This document shows positions 1-15,031 of a stretch of 64,000 bases of DNA, one piece after another. A program made the position numbers and the translations under genes. How positions within the stretch are numbered: position 1 is the first letter of the stretch; each line of letters opens with the position of its first letter. The notes under the pieces are model-generated. The model ran no database searches. It saw only the letters and a list, made by a program, of their open reading frames with translations, and was not told the DNA's origin. Origin of the DNA: Vicugna vicugna (taxonomy: Eukaryota); contig MU058584.1 in NCBI GenBank assembly GCA_013265495.1, positions 4,780,508 to 4,844,507 of the forward strand. Reading direction: 5' to 3'.

Positions 1-19
1 ATTTTTGTTGCCTGACTTC

Positions 20-158
20 TCTGTTAAAATGTAAGCTTCATGGATAGGACACTGGGTCTGCAATTTTTTTTTTTTTTTTTGCCATTGAATCCCCATCTAG
101 AGAAGTTTCTGGCATAGAACAAGCACTCAAAAATAATTTGTTAAATAAATAAATGAAT
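20..158 (+). mobile_element. L2 LINE 3' end fragment
   Basis: tgtaagcttcat...ctggcatagaacaagcactcaaaaataatttgttaaataaataaatgaat resembles the L2 3' terminus. Confidence 0.6.
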
Positions 159-1419
159 CTTTAATTATGTATTAAGATTTAGGAAAGCATCGAGGGGGCT
201 CTTCCTTTCAGTGTGGCCCAACCATGTTTACTTTCTAGAAGAATCAACAAGGAGAGAGAGAGAGAGAGAAAAAAAAAAAGATGTGGTGAATGTAATAAAA
301 GAGGAGGCAGTGGGGGCGGGGTAAAGGGGCATGGGCTTGTGCTTCCAGAGCTTCAGTCTCCTCACCTGTAAAATGGGCATAATAACATTCACCTCCTTGG
401 GGTGAAGTAAGACTTCAATGAGATATACATACATTAGGTATCCGTATCTAATACGTACGTACACACACATAGAGATTCACATACATTAAGTCCTAGGTGC
501 AGAGTAAAATTCAGTCTGTGTTAACTATGATCATTTGGAAGGCCATCTTGCATTAAATCATCCCAGTCAGAATTATGTGAAACTTCCTAACATGTCCCAT
601 CACGAAGACAACAGTCTTGCTGCCATGCTTGCGTGGCTGTGTCACTGTCCCGGCAGTTCGGCACGAGGGGAAGATGTGCTGCGTGAGCTTTCTCTTCTTT
701 CTTTACTTTCACGTGCACTACGTATTTTTACTGAGACTACTTTTAAACTTTAACGTGTGAAATGACAATTAGACACATTTCGCTCCAGAGTTTTCCTTTA
801 AAAAAATAAAATAAAAGTGAATATTTCAGAAAAAGCACTGGACCAGAAATCAGACCCTCTCTCTGTGTACCTCATACAAATAAGCCAGGATCCTGGCTCT
901 CAGAGCGACCCTATCTGACCCCTAAGATCACTTCTGATGCCTGCTTTAATAATTCTTTGCAAATGGCATTTTGTGCTTTCAGAGAGCTTCTGTTTTCTAC
1001 ACGTGGCTGCTACTATTAAAATAATTGAAAACATTGACGTATATTGTAAAGGGAACCATTTAGTCTGATATAAAGAGGAAGGATAGATAAAAATACTTCT
1101 ATCGAAGAAGGAAGAAAAGAATGTGTAACTGGAAGAATTTAGACGACACGAACAGCCTCCCTAGGGGAGAACTGTCATTTTTTGGTTAATGTTCCTGTCT
1201 AATCATGTCATTAAGGAAGGGGAGCGATGATGTAAGTGATGCAACATCAGGCAAGACCTGGATTTGGGATGCATCGTGTGGTGCACCTTTCCCCTGAAAA
1301 GTGTCATTTAATTCACATACTTGTCTTAGCCTTCTATTTAAATTAACTTTCTCTCCTTAAGCACACCCAGACAGAGGGAGGGGAGAAACAGTTCTGCTGG
1401 GAGTCAAGGGCTGGAGGAA

Positions 1420-1530
1420 GCCACCAGATTCTGACTGAGTAGGTCTGGAGTGAGGCCCGAGGTTCTGCATTTCTAATAAATTTCCAGGTGAGACTGATAC
1501 TGCTGATTCCTGGGCCACTCTGAGTAGCAT
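1420..1530. mobile_element. MER5-like hAT-Charlie DNA transposon relic
   Basis: agattctgactgagtaggtctggagtgaggcccgag..ctgcatttctaataaatttccaggtga is a typical MER5A core. Similar relics occur at ~5500-5625, ~13885-14020, ~17000-17180 and ~19435-19615. Confidence 0.65.
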
Positions 1531-2355
1531 GTGACTAGACCCTAGATTGTTAGCGTCTCAACTTGGGGATTCATATTTTTAAAAGATGTATCGACAGACA
1601 GGACAGTCTGGTCGTGATGAGGGTGTGCCTGGAAATTAGGTCTTTTGAGAAGGTTGGAGCATCTCAGAATGGGGAAGGGAAAATAAACCAAAGAGAGTCA
1701 GAAGCTTGGTGAGATAGCTACTCCAAATATTTGTGAGGGTAAATTTGCTGGTGTCGCTCTAGGAGGTGGGAGAAGGACCAACACATCCAGATCAGAATGA
1801 ATAAAGGCATATTTTTTGAACACAATGTCCCACAAAATGCTCAATGAAACGATGGTTCCACTGTTACATTAGTGCAGAGCGTGCACAACCCTAGCTCCTT
1901 CTCAAAGGCTCATGGTGCGCTCTGATGTATTAAAGCCTCTGACAAGTCCTGCAGAAAAGGAAATTTGTATAGTCAAAGGTCCCCTTCAGTTACTTTACCA
2001 CAAAACTACATTTTCCCTATTCACACTATTACCGTTATTCAGAACTGGTGTCCTTTGTGAGACGGAGAAGGGATGCTTTGCGGCATTAGTGCAAGAACCT
2101 GATGTTTGCTAGGGGAACCTTTGGAGAAAGTGCTCTGTCAGAACATGGCCTCTGACTATACACCTTAAGCTTCAGTTTCCTCCTCTGTTATATGACTAGA
2201 TCAGGGGTTTTCAGACTTTAGAATGGAGCATAATATTTTAAAGTAAAAGTATTTCAATATAAAATACATTGGTAAAAAGAGGCTCTGTTGGAATCGGGGC
2301 CCCTGGTCTGGCCCCACTACATTTGGCCTCCCCGGGGCATTTTCGGCACCCCTGA

Positions 2356-2889
<534 letters not shown>

Positions 2890-4010
2890 TAATGGACTTC
2901 CGGATGTTAAGAGAGAGTGAGAGAGTGCAGTAGTTTACTTAATCATCGGGGCCTTTCAGAGTTTTGTCTTGTGTGTGGTGCTTTTTACCCAGCCCGAGAG
3001 GAGGGAGATGTTTGTGGGTACCAGGGTTTTGTTATATCTCCCCGCTTTTTTTTGGTGTAAGTGGCATGTTGGCAATAGACAACTACCTTATTAAAAAGCT
3101 GCTCCTAAATGAAATAATTGCTCCCTCCACTTGGGCATTATGATAATTATCAATAGAATATTGAATCAGCTTAGGGTTTTCAGAAAAAAAAATCCAAACA
3201 AACCTTAAATAAGGAAGGTTTTATTTAAGGTCTCCAATTAGAGTAAACAAGATTCTGAGGCTTTTTATTCTTTTGTTTTCTCCCGTAGGATTGCGAATCC
3301 TAGTGAACTGTGTAAAGTTGTTATTTGCTTTATAAAATGGTCACTGTTTTGGGGGGCTTAGCGACACAGCTAGGAGGAAGAAGTCTTGTCCCCCAGATTT
3401 CACTTTGGTCAGCCTCTTAGCCCTGTCTTTTCGCCCCTCCGCTGATCTCTGTGCTTAGCCAGCTGGGACGTATGGGTTCTGGTTTTAGGGGTGGGAAGTC
3501 ATCCACCCAAGTCAACTCAGAAGGTTCCAGTTCTTTACTAAGACAGGAACCTACAAAGTAAACTGTTATTCCCTCCCAGGTTTCACAACATGAGGCTTTC
3601 CCAGTAAGCCTTTGATTTGAATCACAAAGAGTGGATTATATGTCGCCTGCAGACATAAGATAGCATTACTCTCCAGGTAATCACTTGTGACATGCAGCCC
3701 TTGGCAGCATTTTGAGATATGAAGATTCCTCATAGGAGAAAAGCCAGTATGTTTTAAAGGATCAAAATCCACCTTGTTGTGCTGAAAATAGGGAGAGGAA
3801 AAAAAAAGGAAGCCGGGATTTGGGCAGACAACCAAACACGCTGTAGACTGACTCCTCCCAGGCCACCTCCCTTCCACCCTCGTACAAGCAGCGCCATAGT
3901 ACGCTCTCCCCAGTCGTCTGGCAGAGACGGGGGTCCGCGCGTGTGGCCCCCACTGGGGCGCTGCTGAGCTTGGGGCCAGCCACAGGCACGAGGTCAGCGG
4001 TCTCCTGTGA

Positions 4011-4214
<204 letters not shown>

Positions 4215-4949
4215 TAACTGTCACCTGGGAGAGCGTGGTGGGACCGGGTGGTGGTGCGTTTATTGCCGTGACCAAGCTGGGATAAGAGGTAGGTTTTCCA
4301 GGATTCAGTTGCCCTCAGTTACTCGGGGCAGAGGTGAAGTTAAACAGCGAGGCAGCTGCCTTCCACGGCCGGCCCTCCCCGCCGCTGGCCAAAGGCCCGC
4401 CAGCGCCCCCTCTCCTGATGCCGCTGAGGCTTGGTGGTGCCTTGTCACTCAACCTGCACAAGCTCAGGAGTCCTGGCTTCCAGGGCCTGGGGCATCCTTG
4501 CCTCCGCAGAGCTGGGAGTTCCTCCTGCTCTGAAGCAAGTCCGCGGGAACTGACCCCGCCCTGCACTCCCTTTGGGTTTGTTATGCTATCTGTCCTATTA
4601 GTTAGCTTTTGGGGGCACACTTTCATCACTTTTCCTGTCTCACTTGAGCCACTCTGGTGGTTAGAACCGAGTAGCCAGAATCTGGTCTCTGCCAGCTAGT
4701 TGGGAGCAGGATTTTTGCGTCCATTCAGATACATTAGGCCTGCTGGTCACCAGAAGCACCTGATGGGTTGGATTATTTTTGATTAAACTTAAAAAAAATA
4801 TTTTAAAGCTAACCTATGTTTATTAAAAAAAACCTCCAAAGGATAAACAAATAGTACATGAGTATATACAGTGAAATGAAAAATAAAAGGTAAAAATATC
4901 TTTCCCTCCTGTGTTTTGAATCCTACTCCCCAGGGACACTACAAATAAT

Positions 4950-5495
4950 AGCTTAGAGTGTGAGGTTTTTTAATACATAGTCTGTGTATATATAAAATAT
5001 ATGAGCATATAGATTTTCTCACGTAAATTGTCTCACGTTGTACATGTTAGTCTACAGTTTGTTTTTCTCCCCTATTTAACAGTGTCTTGTGAATACCTTT
5101 CTATGTGATTAGATTCAGGCATATCCCCTTTTCTGAAATGCCTGCAGAGGATAGACTGAATTTCAGGCAATCAGCTCTGAACTGATGGACATTTAGGTCA
5201 TTTCTAGTTGTTTGATTTTCTGTGATGAATAATGCTGCAAAGAATATCTGAGTACATTTACTCCTGCTTGCTTGCATGGGTAGGCACCTAGAAATGGAAT
5301 CGTTCTGTTGAGGAGCGAGCGTGTATGCTTAGAACTCTGACAAAGCCTCAGTGCCTCCCTCCAAAGAGCATTTCCGTTTACAATCCCCCCACCATTCTCA
5401 GCACTGGCGATCTCCTACCTTTCTCAGCTTTGATAATCTGATAGGGCAATACAAATGGTATCTTATTGTTGCTTTAATCTGCATTTCTTGATTTG
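4950..5495 (-). mobile_element. Old L1 (L1M-type) 3' fragment in intron 3
   Basis: actgatggacatttagg...aataatgctgc...gctttaatctgcatttcttgat are antisense L1 3'-region hallmarks. Confidence 0.6.
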
Positions 5496-6452
5496 GTAGC
5501 TTTAGAAGATTTTGGGTTCCCACCCCACCAACTGAGTCAGCATCTCCAAGAATGGTGCCCAGAATCTGTAGTTTAAGAGTCTCCTTAAAGGATTCTGATG
5601 GCCATCCAGGTTTGGAAACTACTGCCTTAGTGCCTACAGGTGAAATTAGTTGCAGATTTAACTCACATCACAGATGTACAAGGAAATGTAATTTTTTTTC
5701 TATAGGTAAATCTGGCCTCTTGGCTGAGCCCCTCCAGCAGTCCAGTGGGAACAGAAATTTACAAAATATCCGATCATTTAAACAGGCCCTCAAGTAGTGC
5801 CCAGTTTTTGCAGGCTGAAACACTTTGCTCCTCAGTTTGCCCCCCTCTGCTGTGACTCTCTGTAGGACAGAGTATGGGTCCATGAGGGGAGGGTGTGGCT
5901 TTTGCAACTTTGGAAAGTGGGGCTGAGTTGGGGACCGTATCCTGGCCTCCTCTGGTCTCTGGGACGATGCCCCTTGCCTACTCACCTGCTGCCTGCTCCT
6001 TAGTCTGTGTCTGGTGGAACCTGTCATCTGGTTGCCTGCTGGGTAAGTGCTCAGAAACTTCTCCTGGACCCGTGCTGGACAGTCCCCTCTGAGCCACCAG
6101 CCGGGCTAAAAGCCTCCCTTCAGCAAGTACCCAGCCTCTGCCGTGTTTCTGGTCTTGAATGTTCCCCAGGGGAATCAAGTGCAGGAACATCTAACTGCAG
6201 AGCTTCCCTCTCCTGAAGACGTATCCCTGCCAATTCGATGTAGATGCACCCTGAGAGGAGAGCGGGCACAGGGGTGGGTGAGGGAGCCAAACTCTTCCTC
6301 TATCCAGCAAATGTTTGTTGAATATTGTTACATACTGTATGTAGCTCCACATGCTGGTAACGCTGCACTGTCCTCAAGGCGCTTACATCCCAGTGGGGAG
6401 AGATGAGAACAAAAGATATATGACCTCTATCTACCTCTATCTCCCTATGTCC

Positions 6453-6509
<57 letters not shown>
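6453..6509 (+). repeat. (CTAT)14 / GATA tetranucleotide microsatellite in intron 3
   Basis: Perfect CTAT array read directly, with degenerate units just upstream. Confidence 0.95.
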
Positions 6510-6989
6510 AAATGGCTCTGAAGAAAAGTGAAGCAGGCTAAGGCTGAGGGTGGGGTGGGGTGGCAAAGAGTAATAGTGGGTGGAAGTGATTGTTAATTTT
6601 TTTGTGTGTGTTAACACGGCCCAGTGAGTAAGTGATTATTTAAGAGTTAGGGATATGATGCTCTCACCTGTATACCCTCCACTGTGTCCCAGGGACTAGA
6701 AAAGTAACTGACACCTGGTAGGTGCCCAATCATTGCTGAAAAAAAAGAATGAATGAGCAACTGAATGCTAGTTTTGGCACATCCAGCTTTGTGCATTTCT
6801 AGTCTTTGTCCTTTCCTGGCTCCCTTGATACTGCAGTCACCGTTTCCACCCCGTGCAGCAATAACGTGTCTCTTGCTGGACAGCGCAGTAGTGATTTCAT
6901 GCAGAAGTAAGCAAACAGACATGGAAAGGGAGGAAGAAAAGAGAGAGGAGAATTATTCTGATTGTATAGAAACTCACAGGTGAAGGTAA

Positions 6990-7115
<126 letters not shown>

Positions 7116-8321
7116 TGAGTAGAGAAATTTCAGTGAAATCGTATAATTTTTTCAAATGTGAGATTTATAATCATCTTGGGAAGAACTAACAAGCAGCACT
7201 TGCATTACCTTTGATAGAAAAACGTTTTCAATATTCAATCCAATATCCAACAAAATCAGCAAAACACAACGAACTTGTAATTACCTGTCGCTTATAATAG
7301 AGGTCCAGGAGAACCTCAGGCTGATAAAACTATAGATTCTTAAAAGTAGCACAATCATATTAAAAAAATAAGTGATTTGAATTTTTAATAATTCACTCTG
7401 CCACAATTATCTCTGAGAAGTATTTCAATTTTTGAAAAACTAGATTTAGCCTAGGAAAGGTGAGTAATTCATATGAGTAATTCATAAAGGTGAAAGGTTC
7501 ATATCTTTCAGATCTGAGAGAAGAGAAGTTGGAGACTTTGGGGGTGTGAATGGTTACCTTTGAAGCACTCGGATTTTATTGCCTGTGTTTCAAGTTTTCA
7601 CAATAACTCCTGTAACTGATCTTAACAGATCCTTTTCATCTTAAAGGCTCTGGATTAATGCACAGATGTTTACAATATTGTGTCACAGGGGTCTATCCTA
7701 TCAACATTTGATTTAGTTTTGATGGCGGAGAAGATATAACTTTTTCAGATAAGTGGTATAATAAAAAAAAATTAGGACTTTGAGCAAGAGATCCTGGATT
7801 TGAGTCCTAGCTTTGCCATTTCCTAGCTGTTTGATCTTGGATTTGAGTCCCAGCCTAGCTGCCTATTTGAGCTTGTGTAAGTCAGCTGACCTTTCTGAGA
7901 TCTACTTTTTAAGTTGGCAAAATGGGTGCAGTAATATTTCCCTCACAGGATTGCTAGCATATCTAGCATATCACAGATGGGACTGTGCCCTGAAGTCCTG
8001 TGCAAGTCTTGACTGTTGGTATTGTTGCTTGAATTTTGTCAGGTAGGCGCACTGCCCACCAATCAGCAAGACCAAGCTGAATAAGCATAGCTGTAAATAA
8101 GGTAAATTGGAGTCACCATAAAATTGGAGTTCAAAGTGCAATTGCGCAAATAGATAAAGTACGCGGAGAATGGTGGAAAGATAGTAGCTTTGAGAAAAAA
8201 AGGTGTTTGATTTTCTTATTCCAAGAAATGGATTGCTCTCCAAAGAGAGTTTGGGGTATACTGTATGCTCTACTTGAATAATCAGCTGCCCAGCCATGGT
8301 GCACTTTCCTCACTCTTTCAG

Positions 8322-8383
8322 GAACCACCTCAAAGATGTTCCAGAAGCCATCTCTGAGAGCCAGCATGTGGCCTACTCTCACT
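8322..8383 (+). CDS. TBX19: TBX19 coding exon 5
   Basis: ctctttcag|G acceptor and ACT|gtgagt donor; 62 nt. Encodes NHLKDVPEAISESQHVAYSH in frame with exon 4. Confidence 0.94.
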
Positions 8384-9639
8384 GTGAGTTGGGTGAACAC
8401 TGGGTGGGAGGTGCCTGGGGCTACACCAGGGGGATCTCCACACACTCAGGCTTTTTGTTTGTCGTGACTGCTTCAGGCTTGTTCCAAATCTTCTATCGTG
8501 ACCAACAGGTTATGTCTTCCACTCAAGACAGGTATAAGCCCTTACAAGAATTCGCAGAGAACCAACGCTCCTTGGGTGGGAGGGGGTTGGGGAGGGCTTA
8601 AATAAATCCCAGGTAAGATACAAATTATAAGGTTGAGTGAAAAAAGCCAGACACAAAGCAGTACTCGCCACATTCAACTTACACATAAGTTGAAACACAG
8701 TGAAGATAAACCAATGGTGTCAGAAGCCAGAATAGTGGTTACTTCAGGGTGGTGGCAGTGATTAGGAGAGAATTAGGGAAGGGTTTAAGGATGCTTGTAG
8801 TATTTTCTTTCTGTCTTTCTTTCTTTTTTTTTTTGAAGCATTGTTGATTTACAATGTTGTGTTGGTTTCTGGCGCACAGCGTAGTGAATATTCTATTTCT
8901 TTATTTGATAATTGTTACATGACTGTTTTACTTTGTAGAAACACATTGAGATGTGAACTAATAATCTGTGTACTTTTCTGTAATATTTCTAAATGTAATA
9001 AATGTTATTTATTACAAAAAAATAAATCCTAGGCAGGAGATAAGAAGAGTAATGTACTGGGAATTGCTTAGACTCTGTTTTTGTGTCAGTGAGGCTAAAG
9101 AGCTCACAGAAGTGCATTCTGGGTATATCTCCTACCCTTACACTCCACTCTTGTCTCTCTGTTCTGGATTTCTTCTGTTCTTAGTACTTGCTAATTTTCG
9201 CATTGGTTCCCACTGCACTGCCTCAGGAAGGCTGTAGCTTTGTGTGTGAGGAAGAGTCTGCATTTGCTGACTGGGAAGCTGCAGGGAGAGTCGGAGTAAT
9301 ACACCTGGGATTCTGCGAGTAGGTCGGATGTTCCTGACAGGGTGCCCCCCTCTCTCTATCTCAGATCAGGGAGGGGACCCCGTGGTAGAGCAAGTCTTCC
9401 AAGCTGCAGCAGTAACCCAAGGTCAGTGGCATCAGAGCGTCTGAGATATTCTTGAACTTGGATGAGAGTTGTTTGCTAAGATCCCCTCTGCAGCTCTCCA
9501 GCTGTGGAGTTCTTGATTCCCTCCTTCCCCCCAAATCTTGATGCATCTTTCATTGCAGAAGTGTCAGTACAGCCACATAAAGAGAAGGCGCTCTCGGAAA
9601 AGCACTTGGAAAAAGTTTTCTCAGGACTTTTTTTTGGGG

Positions 9640-11885
9640 GGTCTAGTTCCCACCTGTCACCATTATTGACTATATTCCCTGTGCTGTACGTTTCACCCCC
9701 ATGGCTGCTTTGTGACTGGAAGTTTGTGCCTTTTCATCTTCCTCACCTATTTATTTTCTCCCACACCCATCTTTTCTCTGGCAACCGCCTGTTTGTTCTT
9801 TGTGTCAATGTGTCTGTTCTACTTTGTCGTGTTTGTTCATTTGTTTTGGTTTTAAATTCCACGTATAAGTGAAATCACATGATTTTCGTCTGTCTCTCTC
9901 TGACTTACTTCACTTAGCATAATACCCTATAGGTCCATTCGTGTTGTTGCAAACATCGAGATTGCATTCTTTTTTCCTGGCTAATATTCCATATATATAT
10001 GTACAATATTATATATCTGTATCTACCACATCTTCCTTATTGATTCATCTATTGATGGACACTTAGGTTACTTCCATAGCTTGGCTGTTATAAATAATGC
10101 TGCAATAAACATAGGGAGGCACATATCTTTTCCAGTGAGTATTTTAGTGAGTTTTCCTTTGAAAACTGCTAAGGAGTGGAATTGCTGGATAAAACAGCAG
10201 TCCTATTTTTAATTTTTAAAGAAACCTCCATACTGTTTTCCATAGTGGCTACACCAATTTACGTTTCTGCCAATAGTGCACAGAAGGTTCCATTTTCTCT
10301 ACATCCTCACCAACGCTTGTTATTTGTTGATAGTAGCCATTCTGACAGGTGTGAGGTAATATCTCATTGTGGTTTTGACTTGCATTAATCTGATGATTAA
10401 TGATGTTGAGCATCTTTTCATGTGTCCATTGGCCATCTGTAGGTCTTCTCTGGAAAAATGTCTTTTCAGGTCCTCTTCCCATTTTTCAACTGGGTTGTAT
10501 ATTTTTTTGATGTTGAGTTATATGGGTTTTAAAATATTTTGGATATTAACCAGATATATCATTTGCAAGTATCTTCCCTCATTCAGTAGCTGGCCTTTTA
10601 GTTTTGTTTTTAGTTTCCTTCATTGTGCAAAAGCTTTTTCGTTTGAAGTAGTCCCATTTGTTTATTTTTGCTTTTGTTTCCATTTCCTGAGGATACAGAT
10701 TCTGAAAAATTATTGCTAAGACCAGTGTCAAAGAGATTACTGCCTATTCTTTTTTCTAGGCGTCATTGCTTTCTGGTCTTACATTTAAGGATTACCTTTA
10801 ATCCATTTTGAGTTTATTTTTGCATGAGGTGTGAGAAAGCAGTCCAGTTTTATTCTTTTGCATGTAGCTGTCTAGTTTCCCAGCACACTTATTGAAGAGG
10901 CTGTCTTTTCCCATTGTATATTCTTGCCTCCTGTGTCATAGATTAATTGACCAGGTAAGTGTGGGTTCATTTCTGGTCTCTCTGTCCTGTTCCATTGAGC
11001 TATGTGTCCGCTTTTGTGCCAGTATCATGCTGTTTTGATTACTGTAGTTTTGCAGTATAGTTTGAAATCAGGAAGGGTGATACGTCCAGCTTTGTTCTTC
11101 TTTCTCAAGCTTGCTTTGGCTATTCATGGTCTTTTGTGTTTCTGTACAAATTTTAGAATTATTTGTTTTATTTCTGTGAAAAATGCCTTTGATAGTTTGG
11201 CAGGGGTTGCATTGAATCTGTAGATTGCCTTGGGTGGTATGGTCATTCTAACGATATTAATTATTCTAATCTATGAACTTGGTATATCTTTCCATTTGTT
11301 TGTGTTGTCTTCACTTTCTTTCATCAAATAGTTTTCCAAGTACAGGTCTTTTACCTCCTTGGCTAGATTTATTCCTGGGTATTTTATTCTTTTTGATGCA
11401 ATTGTAAATGGGATTGTTTTTTAAATTTCTCTTTCTGATAGTTCATTGTTAATGTATAGAAACAACAGATTTCTGTATATTAAGTTTGTATCCTGCAACC
11501 CTACTGAATTCATTTATTTGTTCTCGTAATTTTTTGGTGGTGTCTTTCGAATTTTCTTTATATAGTATCATCTGCAAACAGTGGCAGTTTTACTTCTTCC
11601 TTGCAATTTGAATTTTTTATTTCTCTTCCTAGTCTGATTGCTGTGGCTAGGACTTCCAATCCTATACTGAATAAAAGTGGTGAGAGTGGGTGTCCTTGCT
11701 TTGTTCCTGATCTTGGAATGCTTTCAGCTTTTCACCGTTGAGTATGATGTTGGCTGTGGGCTTGTCATAGATGGCCTTTATTATGTTGATGCAATTTCCT
11801 TGTAGTCCTTGTCTGCTGAATGTTTCTGTCATACTAGGGTGTTAAATTTTGTCGTATGCTTTTTCTACTTCAGTTGAGATGATCA
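9640..11885 (-). mobile_element. 5'-truncated L1 LINE (~2.2 kb; ORF2 C-terminal part plus 3' UTR), antisense in intron 5
   Basis: Minus-strand ORF 10249-10482 ([24 protein letters not shown]...) is the off-frame reading of the L1 ORF2 '[22 protein letters not shown]' segment. L1 3' UTR hallmarks lie at 9850-10200. Frames are disrupted. Confidence 0.9.
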
Positions 11886-12468
11886 TTCACAAACACAGTT
11901 CTGTGAAATATTTTACAGCTTTCAAAATGCTTTGCAAGACTCTTGTCAAAGTGTCTAGCCAGCTCCCTCTTTTTACTTTCAGAATCCTCTTTGTGGGGTG
12001 GTGATGGGAAGCATTAAGTCTCCTTTTGCTTAGAGTGGGAACTAAAGACACCTTCCCACTGGGCAGAAATAGAGAGACCTTGACTCTTTCTGGGTCACCA
12101 AATTCAACATGTTCTAACAGCTGTAGATCAGTGAGGAACACACGTATCTAACACCTCCTTCTTAGACTGACTTCTAATTTAATCCAATTAAGTCAGAAAC
12201 AACTTAACTTATAGTTCAAATAGTATTTTATATAGCCAGGATTCCAGTGTTTCTTAAGAGGTTTTCCAGACTTTGATAGGAACTGTCACCCGTCTCCAAA
12301 GAAGCCAGCTTTGCTGCTAACATGGAAGGGGAGTGGCGGTGGGGATGGTGGTGGCCAACTCCACACGGGCAGACACGGTGGTGTGCACGGAGAAACACAG
12401 CTGTGCAGAGCGGCTGGTAACCTGATGTCGGGCGTGGACGTTCACAGTCTTCCTCTTGTCTCTCCTAG

Positions 12469-12660
12469 TGGGAGGCTGGATCTTTTCCAATCCGGATGGA
12501 GTGTGCACAGCAGGAAACACCAATTACCAGTATGCTACTCCTTTGCCTCTTTCTGCTCCGCACACCCACCCTGGCTGCGAGCACTACCCCGGCCTCCGAG
12601 GACACCACCGGCAGGCGCCCTACCCTTCTGCGTACATGCACAGAAACCATTCTCCCTCAG
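12469..12660 (+). CDS. TBX19: TBX19 coding exon 6
   Basis: tctctcctag|TG acceptor and CAG|gtgtgt donor; 192 nt. Encodes (L)[63 protein letters not shown]. Confidence 0.95.
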
Positions 12661-14895
12661 GTGTGTGGTTCCGCTAATTAAACCCTTGGGGGTCGGGGGG
12701 TGTGTGGGTGGTGGTGAGAAATGGATAAACAGCTAGCAGATACAAGCAACTGAGGACAGAACCCCTTTCATCCAATGTATGTAATGTTATTGTATATTAG
12801 TATTCTAACGTTTTATTTTATATACCAATAGTTAATTATATAGTTATGGCATTATTAGTGGTTTATAATTGTTTGAAATAATTACAAAAACTAGGAGACA
12901 CTCAGTCTCCCAGTTTCTAACGGGTGTGAAAAGCCTCCTTCCAGGGCGCTGGTGCACTGAGCAGTTTCAGGCTGTATCTCTAAGAATCAGTTAGTCGTGA
13001 GGGGTCTGAGACACTAGCCATCACATGGCTCTTCTCTACAGTTTTAGTGCCTGGCTCTGTCCAGGGACTACAGCGCCCAGTGTTGGAGAGCTATGAGGAA
13101 GGTCTCTGGGAAGCTGGGTCACTCCGCCTCCAGGCTTTGCTTTGATTCAGCTGGAGGCATGCAGAGCCAACCTTGATAATTTTTGCAGTCTGATTATTTT
13201 TTAAGTTGACACTTTTTTTGTGTGTGTACTTTCTTCCTCATTGACTTCTGCCTTGTCTGCCTTGGTCTTGTGTGCAAGCCAACACCTTGCCTGGTTATTA
13301 GGTTTGTATGAGGGAAGGGAGATATGAAACCAAGGGTTGATTTCTCATTCAGTTATTCATGCAAGAAATATTCGTTGAGAGTTGACTCTGTGTCAGGTTT
13401 TGTCCATGAATGAAGTAGATTAGTACACTCCCCTCATGGAGATTCTATTCTCATACGGGGAGACTGACATGAAATAAAACACATAAGTTAAGTTGATGGC
13501 ATAGGGGATGGAGGAGAGTGTTAAGATTCCAACCTCAGGGACACCCTGAGCTCTGTATCTGCTGAGGAATTTGCTGATCACCAGCTACCTGTCCCTGTGC
13601 CCCATCGCCTGCTACTCCCAGCATTGTTGACAGCTGCTGCCAGGAAGGGAGAAAATGGAGTTTAATGACATCAGAAAGTGAGCACTGTTCTCATCTAACC
13701 GCCTGCTTCTTTCCCCTGGTCAGCACACAAAACACATCTTCTGAGCATCTACTCTGCACCAGGCACCCTGCTGGGCAGTGGGCATGGGAAGGTGATTAAC
13801 GTATGGTCTCTTCCCTGGAGGAGCTCAAGGCTACACGAACACATAAATAATTCATCCTAATACAATGTAGTGAGAACTCTAATGTGGTTCTCGGACCTTG
13901 CAGCATCACCTGGGAACTCGTTAGACATGTAGACTCTCAGGTTCTCCTTCTGAAACAGCCTGCAGTTTAACAAGATCCCCAGGTGATTCTTACGCACATT
14001 AAAGTTTGAGAAACATTCTGTAAAACACACAAGCCAAGGTGCTATGGGAATGAAGGAAAAAAGAGCAGCCTGGTCTACCCAGCGGGCTTGGTGTCTAAGC
14101 TGAGATGTGAAGAATGACTGGAAACGTGCAGAAGTGGGAGTGGCCAGGGGTGAAGACGGACGGCATGGGACACAGGCGGCAGAGGGGGAGGGCACTCCAG
14201 GTGAGAGAGGGGCGTGAGCAAGGACACAGAGGGATGAGAGAATCTGGCTTGTCTGGGGAGTGGTTTGGGACCAGAGTGTAGAGGAAGTGGAGAGAGGAGA
14301 TCATGGAGAGGAGAGACTTGGCCAGGTATCCATGGAATCTTCTTCCTCTTTCTCCTCTTTGCCTCTCCTTCCTCCCTTCCTCCTTTTCCTTCTTCCTCCC
14401 TATTATGTATACACTATTTATGCAAATGGAGATTCAAAGACATCAAAGACACTCTTCTTGGATGTTTAAATCTACTTGGGGCTGCTGAGAAAGAGAGGTC
14501 CTGGTCCTCAGAAATCTCTGGGGCACTGGTGGCCCTTAGGCTAATCTCAAGGGGATGATGACATGGCCCACTTTACAGGGGAAGTGACTGTGGAGACATA
14601 AGTTAAATCTGTGTCATGAAGGACACAGCTTCCTACCTCTCTGCGCCTCATCTGTGAAATGGAGATGAGAAGTCATTGTTGTGATGATTAAAAAATGAAC
14701 AGTGTGTGACAGATGGTTGACATTCAGTAAACCTAAGTTCCTCCTTCTTTTCTGTTTCCTTCGGGAAGTACCAACAAACTGTAGGCATGGGCAGCACTGG
14801 CCATGGTTGTATAGTGACCTAGGGTAATGTCACTGGTCACCATCTTTGTATGTTTTCCACGCTCCATCAATTGAACTGTTGTTATCTCCCCAAAG

Positions 14896-15031
14896 TGAAT
14901 TTGATAGAAACCTCCAGCAATAACCTGCAAGTGTTCTCTGGAGCCGACAGCTGGACTTCCTTATCCTCCACACCCCACGCCAGCATCCTGTCTGTACCCC
15001 ACACCAGCGGACCAATGAATCCGGGTCCTAG
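14896..15031 (+). CDS. TBX19: TBX19 coding exon 7
   Basis: ccccaaag|TG acceptor and TAG|gtaaga donor; 136 nt. Encodes (V)[44 protein letters not shown](S). Confidence 0.95.

Noticed and set aside
10176..11223. ORFs within intron 5
   Set aside because: Antisense or off-frame readings of a degenerate L1; no intact ORF2.
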